Part shown: positions 36,302-42,810 of the stretch, one piece after another
How positions within the stretch are numbered: the stretch's first letter is position 1
How the letters are laid out: each line of letters starts with the position of its first letter
DNA from: a virus
Taxonomy: Duplodnaviria; Caudoviricetes
DNA length: 42,810 nt
IMG/VR virus record: IMGVR_UViG_3300023173_001585
Coordinates: 1-42,810 of that record
Direction: 5' to 3' (one strand)
Made by a program: the position numbers and the translations under genes
Notes under the pieces: generated by a model
What the model saw: only the letters and a program-made list of their open reading frames with translations
What the model was told of the DNA's origin: nothing
Databases searched by the model: none

Positions 36302-37476
36302 ACAGTTACCTCACTTAACATCTCGTGCATTTCTGGGAATGTCTTTGCAAAATCTTCTAATCGAACCAGGTCCATTCTTTTTACATGAATTTGAAAATTT
36401 TTATGATGCTGTTGGTTATTTGAATTCATCATGAAATTAATAACTGACTCTAAATTTTGTTTTTTATATTGTTCTAATCTTTTTTTAATTATCAGTTTAA
36501 TCCCATATGGTATACTGCTTATGTTGTAGTGCTTTGGTTCATGCAAGTTATTTAGATAAACTGGAATTCCAAAAGACCTGGCCCAGTCTAAAAATTCCGG
36601 AAGATAATAAACATTAAAAATGTCTACAGTGTGACAAATTCTTAAATCAAAGTTTGATGATTGATACTCTTTAAAAACACTCATGTTTGCTAGTGCATCT
36701 TGCCATTTAGCAGGATGTCTCTGATATTCAAAATGTGAACCAATGCCATCAATTGAAAAATGTACATCTACATATTTGAAATGTGGCCATATATTTTTTA
36801 AGGCTTCCATTGGTAACTGTGTTGCATTTGTGTTGTAGTGTATTGAGATGTTTTTAGAATAACCCATATCAATAATTTTTTTCAACAAATCAAAATGTTG
36901 CTCAATTAGAAAAGGTTCACCACCGGTAAAATCTAAGTGTTCCAAATCTGGAATTAAACTTTCAACCGTTGACCAAAACTGTTCACTTTTTTCTGGCCAA
37001 TCTAATCTTTCATAGTTTTGTTGAATTCCATCTATTTTGTCGTATCTTTTTTGCTCAGTTATCCATTTTGAACTGTATTGTGGTGAACAGATTCTGCATT
37101 TAAGATTACAGATGTTACCTAATTTTAAATCCAGATATCTGGGTTTATGGTTATCAAACACAACTTCTTCATTGATAAGATGTTGATATTTTTGATTGTC
37201 TCTGACCCTTTTTGAATCTTTACCTGATAGTTCTTCCATCCAACATCTGTGACATCCTCTAGGTTGAGTTCCTGCAAGAAATCTCTTTCTAATTTCTTCT
37301 AATTCATTGCTGTTCCAGATATCATTGTATTGATCTTTTTGTATTAAATACTCTTGACCATTAGGCTTTTTTAGTGTATCTTTATACATACAACATGGTT
37401 TTACAGTACCATTAGGTTGAACTTCTAGTGCTGTCCATGGTAAAATACAAAAGTTTTGAGGTAACTTATTTTTCAT
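36298..37476 (-). CDS. Radical SAM enzyme with N-terminal Twitch/SPASM-like domain
   Basis: FCILPW..PNG..PCC..IWNS..CHRC, CNLKCRIC, TGGEP, C-terminal TFPEM. Confidence 0.9.
   Translation of the reverse strand: MKNKLPQNFCILPWTALEVQPNGTVKPCCMYKDTLKKPNGQEYLIQKDQYNDIWNSNELEEIRKRFLAGTQPRGCHRCWMEELSGKDSKRVRDNQKYQHLINEEVVFDNHKPRYLDLKLGNICNLKCRICSPQYSSKWITEQKRYDKIDGIQQNYERLDWPEKSEQFWSTVESLIPDLEHLDFTGGEPFLIEQHFDLLKKIIDMGYSKNISIHYNTNATQLPMEALKNIWPHFKYVDVHFSIDGIGSHFEYQRHPAKWQDALANMSVFKEYQSSNFDLRICHTVDIFNVYYLPEFLDWARSFGIPVYLNNLHEPKHYNISSIPYGIKLIIKKRLEQYKKQNLESVINFMMNSNNQQHHKNFQIHVKRMDLVRLEDFAKTFPEMHEMLSEVTV
37417..37446 (+). promoter_or_regulatory. Candidate sigma70 promoter TTGAAC-18-TAAAAT (TGn-extended) for the 37475 gene, embedded antisense in the radical SAM CDS
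   Basis: Boxes at 37417-37422 and 37441-37446. GAGG at 37458-37461. Confidence 0.4.
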
Positions 37477-38215
37477 GCTTAAAATATCTTTTATAGGTTG
37501 TAGTTGGACACACGGTCATAATCTTTCTTATACTAGTACTTATCCTTATATAGTACATGAAAAATTAAACAAAAGCAACATTGAAAATCAAGTAATTAAT
37601 GCTGGCAGAGAAGGTGCTAGTTGGGTTAACTATCCTGACACACTAGAGTATATTCATAACAAATACAATCCTGATGTTTATGTGGTTCAGCACACAACAC
37701 CGGACAGAGGAATGCTTTTATGGAATACAACTAAAGATAAGCATCAAAGAATAACACGTGATCATGATGTATATGACAACTATATACAGCTCTGGGACAA
37801 CTCTCAATGTTATTATCACTTGACAGTTGGCATGGCTGAACGTTTGGTATCTAATGAAAACTCTGATTTAATCAAACACATGTTTGGCGAAATTCAAAGA
37901 AAGAGCAATTTAAAACCAGGTAATATTATTGAAAGAGTTCGTTACTGGTTGGAGCATGAAAGGTTACATCCTCTAACTTTTAAACAGTACAAGCAAACTG
38001 TTGACTATTGCGATATGTATGTAAGAAGAATGAATAAAAAAATTATTCATATATTTTGGCTCAACGACAGTTTTATAGTTGACGTACCAACTAATCAAAT
38101 TATTGTACAAAATGAATTAAAAGACTTTGACCAATTGGTTGTTGACAACGGATATCATTTTGATCATAAAGGAAACACAGCAGTTGCTGACTTGTTAATC
38201 AAACACTTATCTTAA
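37475..38215 (+). CDS. SGNH/GDSL-like hydrolase or acyltransferase
   Basis: FIGCSWT, INAGREGAS, VQHT..DR, C-terminal DNGYHF..GN. Confidence 0.65.
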   Translation: MLKISFIGCSWTHGHNLSYTSTYPYIVHEKLNKSNIENQVINAGREGASWVNYPDTLEYIHNKYNPDVYVVQHTTPDRGMLLWNTTKDKHQRITRDHDVYDNYIQLWDNSQCYYHLTVGMAERLVSNENSDLIKHMFGEIQRKSNLKPGNIIERVRYWLEHERLHPLTFKQYKQTVDYCDMYVRRMNKKIIHIFWLNDSFIVDVPTNQIIVQNELKDFDQLVVDNGYHFDHKGNTAVADLLIKHLS

Positions 38216-38767
38216 ATCTAACTCTGAAATTATATGTGCAACACGACCTGGCCAGTTTTCAGATGTGCTGTATTTTTTGTTAATTAAATCTAACACTTTT
38301 TTGTAATTGATGCTGTCCGGATTTTCTTTTATCATGTCAACTGCATCACTATAATGACTACTGTATGTTATTAGTTGGACAAATGCCCAAACACTATTGC
38401 AGTTATGTAAATATTTTGCTACTTTGACATTTGGTGCTTGTGTTGGTACCATGTACTCATCCGGATCTTTACTGCTGGTTCTTATACCGTAATAGTTATA
38501 ACCTTCAACAGCAAATCTTGAAGTACCATAATTACTTTCATGAATGGCCACAGCAACAACTAATTCTACCGGCAAAACAAATTCACTATTTTCACTTTCA
38601 AATTTGTAATACCAATCATAACAATCATGTATATGATTGATAAAATCAGATTTATCTTTTTCTGATATATCTGCAAATTTTTTATCGTGGCTGTTTGAAT
38701 CTACTGCCAATAATAATATTAGTGCAAAGGTGCATACACACAGTTGCATGTACTTTATCAAAGTCAT
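38207..38767 (-). CDS. Glucosaminidase-domain (GH73/Bax-like) protein with N-terminal signal/anchor
   Basis: AVAIHESNYGTSRFAVEGYNYYGI, late YST motif, hydrophobic N-terminus. Confidence 0.75.
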   Translation of the reverse strand: MTLIKYMQLCVCTFALILLLAVDSNSHDKKFADISEKDKSDFINHIHDCYDWYYKFESENSEFVLPVELVVAVAIHESNYGTSRFAVEGYNYYGIRTSSKDPDEYMVPTQAPNVKVAKYLHNCNSVWAFVQLITYSSHYSDAVDMIKENPDSINYKKVLDLINKKYSTSENWPGRVAHIISELDLR

Positions 38768-38772
38768 AAAAG

Positions 38773-38778
38773 TATTTA
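38773..38778 (-). promoter_or_regulatory. Late-like TAAATA box
   Basis: 5 nt upstream of the ATG at 38767, in a short intergenic gap. Confidence 0.4.
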
Positions 38779-38795
38779 GATATTGTAGTTTTCAT

Positions 38796-39572
38796 TTAAA
38801 TGCTAGTATTTTTATATATTGGAATTGGATTCATTTTATGTAAGTTAGGTTTTCTAATTTTTAAATATGTATCAAGCAATCTTTTTTCTTGCGAGTCATG
38901 ACCGTGTTCAGTAGGAATGTCTTCATGCAACATCATTGCTTTTTCTAAATCATCATAGCTAAGACCTTGCAGTTGATCTTTGTCAGTTCTACCGTCTTCC
39001 CATAAACCATCAGTTGGCGGTGCACTGATAATGTCTTTGTTAATGTTTAGATATTCAGCAATTTTATAAACTTCAGATTTGTACAAATCAGCAATTGGCG
39101 AAATGTCAACGCCACCATCGCCGTATTTGGTATAGAAGCCAACTCCAAAATCTTCAACCTTATTACCTGTGCCTACTACAATACCTTTTGTTGCTCCAGC
39201 AATTTGATAGAGAGTGACCATTCTCAGTCTGGATTTTGAATTAGCAAATGCATGTTGATCATGAAAGTCTTGTTGCATTTCAAATTTAAATGCATTGTAC
39301 ACTGTGTTAAGTTCAATGACTTTGTGTGTAACATTTGAAAAATTGTCAGTCAACCACTCACCGTGAGTCATACTAAGATCATGTTGAGATTGAATCTGTT
39401 TGACCGGCATTGTAACAGCATACACTGGCAATTTGGTTTTGGCACACAGAGTACTGACCACAGCAGAATCAATTCCTCCGGATATACCAACTACCAACGA
39501 TTTCATATTGTTTTGTTCAGCATATTGCTTGATCCAATAAACTATGTTGTGTACTGTTTTTTCAAATTGCAT
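38796..39572 (-). CDS. nadE: NH3-dependent NAD+ synthetase
   Basis: VGISGGIDSAV, NSKSRLRM, GTGNKVE, FYTKYGDGGVD, PPTDGLW, HKM. No glutaminase domain. Confidence 0.95.
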   Translation of the reverse strand: MQFEKTVHNIVYWIKQYAEQNNMKSLVVGISGGIDSAVVSTLCAKTKLPVYAVTMPVKQIQSQHDLSMTHGEWLTDNFSNVTHKVIELNTVYNAFKFEMQQDFHDQHAFANSKSRLRMVTLYQIAGATKGIVVGTGNKVEDFGVGFYTKYGDGGVDISPIADLYKSEVYKIAEYLNINKDIISAPPTDGLWEDGRTDKDQLQGLSYDDLEKAMMLHEDIPTEHGHDSQEKRLLDTYLKIRKPNLHKMNPIPIYKNTSI

Positions 39573-39590
39573 TTTAAAAATCCTGTTTGT

Positions 39591-39824
39591 TTAAATTCTT
39601 TGTTCAACGTATTTGGTGATGTCAGCAACTGTTTTAACATCGTCATGTGCTTCGTCATCAATTTCAACACCAAATTTTTCTTCTACTGCCATCACAATTT
39701 CAACAGCATCTAAACTGTCTGCTCCTAGATCTTCTATGAATCTAGATTCAGGATGAATATTTTCTTTTTTAACATTCAGTAGATTTACTATTATGTCTTT
39801 TATCTGTTCTTGTGTGTCACTCAT
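39591..39824 (-). CDS. acpP: Acyl carrier protein (77 aa)
   Basis: DLGADSLDAVEIVMAVEEKFGVEI with the phosphopantetheine Ser. Start at ATG 39824 with GAGGAG SD; the longer track ORF overlaps the upstream gene. Confidence 0.92.
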   Translation of the reverse strand: MSDTQEQIKDIIVNLLNVKKENIHPESRFIEDLGADSLDAVEIVMAVEEKFGVEIDDEAHDDVKTVADITKYVEQRI

Positions 39825-40170
39825 TTGTGTTCTCCTCGCTTGTGTCACTGGGTTTGTCCATGGGCATACCAGAGTTGTCAAACCATCTTCCATCATCGGT
39901 AACATACAGAGTCTGTCTAAAATTTCCAGAGCCGTCTAGTTTTTTTCTCAGCCTAGATCTCACGTGTATTTTACCTTGATATTCTGTGCCGTCTTTCTGT
40001 ATCAGTTTGTTGTGATTTTGGTTGCTTCCATAGATCCTATCAATGAATATAGGGTTGCCAGCATCATCCTCACCGTGCTGGTTGCTGTAAGGTATTATTA
40101 TTTTAGGTTCAGGCCGTTTGGGCTCTGTGAGTGTTTTTAAGTTGTCTAACAACTGTTGTGATTTACTCAT
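39817..40170 (-). CDS. Hypothetical protein (117 aa)
   Basis: Overlaps both neighbours. T.DGRWFDNSGMP motif. Confidence 0.7.
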   Translation of the reverse strand: MSKSQQLLDNLKTLTEPKRPEPKIIIPYSNQHGEDDAGNPIFIDRIYGSNQNHNKLIQKDGTEYQGKIHVRSRLRKKLDGSGNFRQTLYVTDDGRWFDNSGMPMDKPSDTSEENTNE

Positions 40171-40376
40171 TGTGCTTCGTTGTATACAAATTCATATCCG
40201 CTGTGATTGGCCACCCAAAGGTTAGGTTTGAGTCTGACAAAATTCAAACGAATCTGTTTTTGTAGAGTCATAATAATATTGTGACCAGATTTAGAAACTA
40301 ATTCTGCTTCTAGCCATTCATCTTTGTCTGTACAGTGTATTTTTACAGTGTCAGGTTGTTCATAGTTAATTTTCAT
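40167..40376 (-). CDS. Small beta-rich hypothetical protein (69 aa)
   Basis: ATG at 40376 preferred because the upstream 40403 start lies inside a promoter. Confidence 0.65.
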   Translation of the reverse strand: MKINYEQPDTVKIHCTDKDEWLEAELVSKSGHNIIMTLQKQIRLNFVRLKPNLWVANHSGYEFVYNEAQ

Positions 40377-40384
40377 ACTAGCAT

Positions 40385-40413
40385 ATACTACAACAAAATC
40401 CATCTGCTGTCAA
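40385..40413 (-). promoter_or_regulatory. sigma70-type promoter TTGACA-17-TAGTAT
   Basis: -35 at 40413-40408 and -10 at 40390-40385, 8 nt before ATG 40376. Would drive the acpP-nadE unit. Confidence 0.65.
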
Positions 40414-41654
40414 GCTCTATATAGCCACTGATACAGCTCATAATTGACTGTTTTTAAATTCTGATTTCTGGTTTTATCTAACCAATTAGTTATATTCTTA
40501 AATTCTTGCACAGCATCATGACTATACACAGATCTTTGTTTTTGCAATGCAAGATAATGCATGATTAATGTTTTTAAATTATCATTGTGCAGTGCTTGAT
40601 ATCTGTTGTACAAAATATCTATCTGAGAGGCTGTCAACAGTTTTCTAAAATCAGTAAAACCAAAATACACCATTCCAGATCTAATATTAATATTTTGATC
40701 CATGTACCATTTTTGAAACTCTACTAATTTGTTAATTGAATATATGTTTACTGTACCAGCAATACATAATGAGATTTTGTTGTACTGTTTGTTAAGTTCT
40801 TTCCATTTTTGAATATTGCTAGTAAATAGTTGCCAGTTCATTCCGTGTCTTATATATTCTGCTAATGATCCTACAGCTTCAACGCTGAGTCTAAGCTCAA
40901 CACTTTTGAATTTCATTATCTTGTTCAGTGTAGACTGTTTTGGAAAAACACTACCGTTGGTGTTGAACATTATATGAATATTTTCTGCATTGGCATTTTG
41001 GATAATGTAGTCCAAAAAGTCATCTAATACTCTTACAATAAAAGGTTCTCCGCCTTTGATAAAGATAGTATTCAATTTAGAAATGTCTGTGCGTTTAATC
41101 ATAGACAGCATTTGTTTTTCAATATTGATAGTGTTAACCAGCTCTTGTTGATAATTGTGTTCTACGGAATATCTGTTGTCAATGGTTTCTAGACCTTTGT
41201 AGTTTTCTAATTTTGCTTGATCAAAATCTTTTGCCCACAGACTAGACAGATCCGGGCCACAATATCTGCAGGCATGATTGCAGAATTTTGAAAAAGAAAT
41301 ATCTATATGATTAAGTTCTCCTGGAACAGTTTTTGTAAAAATTTGATTGGCTCTTAGACGTTGACTGGCATCATCTTTTTCAGGCCATGCTTGTTCGTTT
41401 TGAAAACACTTGGCACATTCAGTTTGTTTTAGTTGATTATAATTTCTAGTGGCAACATTTTTAATGTTATGATCTAGTAGATTTTGAATTGCAGATTCTG
41501 AATGCTCAGCATCTATTGACTGCATGAATTTTGCAGATTCATGATTAATGTGTTGCCGGCAACAGCTCTTTACTTTGATATTGTTTTGATAGTCAGGTTC
41601 GACTGCTACTGCATTTTGAAAATAATCACAGCCTGGCGATACGTTCTTGTTCAT
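40410..41654 (-). CDS. Radical SAM enzyme (divergent paralog) with N-terminal Cys cluster
   Basis: GC..SCC..CAKC, CNHACRYC, KGGEP, AEYIRHG, C-terminal LDKTRNQN..YEL. Confidence 0.88.
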   Translation of the reverse strand: MNKNVSPGCDYFQNAVAVEPDYQNNIKVKSCCRQHINHESAKFMQSIDAEHSESAIQNLLDHNIKNVATRNYNQLKQTECAKCFQNEQAWPEKDDASQRLRANQIFTKTVPGELNHIDISFSKFCNHACRYCGPDLSSLWAKDFDQAKLENYKGLETIDNRYSVEHNYQQELVNTINIEKQMLSMIKRTDISKLNTIFIKGGEPFIVRVLDDFLDYIIQNANAENIHIMFNTNGSVFPKQSTLNKIMKFKSVELRLSVEAVGSLAEYIRHGMNWQLFTSNIQKWKELNKQYNKISLCIAGTVNIYSINKLVEFQKWYMDQNINIRSGMVYFGFTDFRKLLTASQIDILYNRYQALHNDNLKTLIMHYLALQKQRSVYSHDAVQEFKNITNWLDKTRNQNLKTVNYELYQWLYRA

Positions 41655-41662
41655 TACAACAG

Positions 41663-41670
41663 TATTTAAT
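41663..41670 (-). promoter_or_regulatory. Late-like ATTAAATA box
   Basis: 8 nt upstream of ATG 41654. No SD. Confidence 0.4.
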
Positions 41671-41797
41671 CATCTGTTGCAGTGGCACTATTACCAGGCC
41701 GTAACTATTAGATTATGCTGTCAAATGCTGTATGATTCGTCGGTCAGCAGAAAAAGATGTGAAGAACTACATTTTTTTGAAATGTGTTCAATCTCTA

Positions 41798-42064
41798 TTA
41801 TTCTTCAATATGATCAGTTGTTGAATAACAGCCCATGTCTGTTACCACTTGTGCTGGAATATCACCCCAGCCGTTTGAATCATGCTCTTCTTCAGTGCAA
41901 TCCCAAACTTCTGTCGTCACAAGATCGTCGCCTCTCATTTCAGTTCTTACATCAATCTTTGCAGGATTGTTGGCTGTTGGTGCATATTCCGGATTGGCTT
42001 CAAAATACGCCTTTGCTTCGGCTAGTGTTTTGCCCGGTGTGATATATGATTTTAAAATTGTCAT
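41798..42064 (-). CDS. Small acidic hypothetical protein (88 aa)
   Basis: AAGGAG SD (42078-42073) and TATAAT (42094-42089) upstream. Confidence 0.75.
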   Translation of the reverse strand: MTILKSYITPGKTLAEAKAYFEANPEYAPTANNPAKIDVRTEMRGDDLVTTEVWDCTEEEHDSNGWGDIPAQVVTDMGCYSTTDHIEE

Positions 42065-42150
42065 TGTTTCTGCTCCTTGGTTCTCATTATTATAGTACCT
42101 GAGAAATTGTTCTCATTGGTATTTATGCCAGTGCTGTGTTTTTGTTGTGT

Positions 42151-42366
42151 GTATGTGCCGCTAGAATTGTACTGTATGTGTATTAGAAATTTTATACAGT
42201 GTGTATGCGACGCTTGTATTATACAGTATGTGCCGCAATTTTTTTACAGGGGTTTAACAGGGTAGATTATATTTGTATGTGTATTAGATTTTTTTGTATG
42301 TGTATTAGAAGTTTGTATGTGTTTCGGGCTATTATGTACTAGTATGTGTATTAGACGCTTGTATTA
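42151..42366. repeat. Cluster of short direct repeats in non-coding DNA
   Basis: GTATGTGTATTAGA at 42174, 42275, 42296, 42342 (partial at 42315). GTATGTGCCGC at 42151, 42226. GACGCTTGTATTA at 42209, 42354. Confidence 0.85.
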
Positions 42367-42810
42367 GTAATAGTGTGTGCGACAGGTCAAATTTAGGCAT
42401 ATAGTACCTAATTACAACTGTTGTTAGCACGGTGTTGCTGTTCGCTGTCGCTTCACAGAACAAACCACCATGGCAACAGTGATCTAAGGAGAAAAAGCCG
42501 GTTTAAACTGTTTTTAAGCGTGATACAGTGGGGTTGAACTGATTCGAAGCATCAAACTACCTGACTGACTGTGATTGCTGTGTAAACAAGGATATACAAG
42601 CATTTATACAAGCATTGACCTACTGTCATGGAATTGGCTCAGTGCTTGTGTGCAAATAGTGTACAAACAGTGTGCTATACGATCAAACGCACGACATTGG
42701 ATCTTACTGTTGAACGCATAGAATTGGGTTGTGCCTGTGAGTGTGTGCGTTGTTGTGATAGTACATCTATAATACACCTATAGTACACCACTGTGCGCCA
42801 GGGTTCAGCA

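Noticed and set aside
39363-39713. 116-aa + strand ORF
   Set aside because: Antisense to nadE and acpP.
16901-42064. Stop-codon reassignment, introns or inteins
   Set aside because: Genes tile densely in the standard code, and the recognisable enzymes are full length without splicing motifs.
41647-42265. + strand ORFs 41647-42042, 41835-42095 and 42077-42265
   Set aside because: Antisense to the SD-supported 88-aa gene or derived from repeats, with implausible composition.
42151-42366. CRISPR array
   Set aside because: The repeats are only 14 bp with irregular gaps (7-87 bp), are non-palindromic, and no cas genes are present.
42525-42600. tRNA-like GATTCGAA segment
   Set aside because: No cloverleaf, acceptor stem or anticodon arm could be built on either strand.

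Overview
AT-rich segment of a large tailed dsDNA phage, probably a jumbo myovirus-like phage of an aquatic bacterium (inferred from gene content). The ORFs read cleanly in the standard code. 1-16831 (+) is a virion structural block: a partial baseplate wedge, a 3938-aa giant structural protein, and tail-fibre/baseplate proteins preceded by T4-late-like (T/A)ATAAATA boxes. 16901-35598 (+) is a tightly coupled ~18.7-kb run, continued by a mostly (-) block at 35684-42064. These blocks are dominated by paralog families: 5 radical SAM enzymes with an N-terminal Twitch/SPASM-like Cys cluster, 5 'TEK..HPF' GT-B-like proteins, 4 SGNH-like proteins, 3 GT-A glycosyltransferase-like proteins and a sulfotransferase. 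Interspersed are APRT, RpiB, NadE, an acyl carrier protein, and GH108 and GH73-like muramidases. The best candidate for an undescribed system is this radical SAM/GT/SGNH/sulfotransferase/ACP cluster, a putative glycan synthesis and tailoring pathway. Notable cis elements are a promoter-in-hairpin switch at 16840-16900, two divergent genes sharing one CATG at 37474-37477, a 27-bp motif repeated at 35615 and 42512, and an iterated-repeat non-coding region at 42120-42810. All family calls come from motif recognition by eye, with no database searches.
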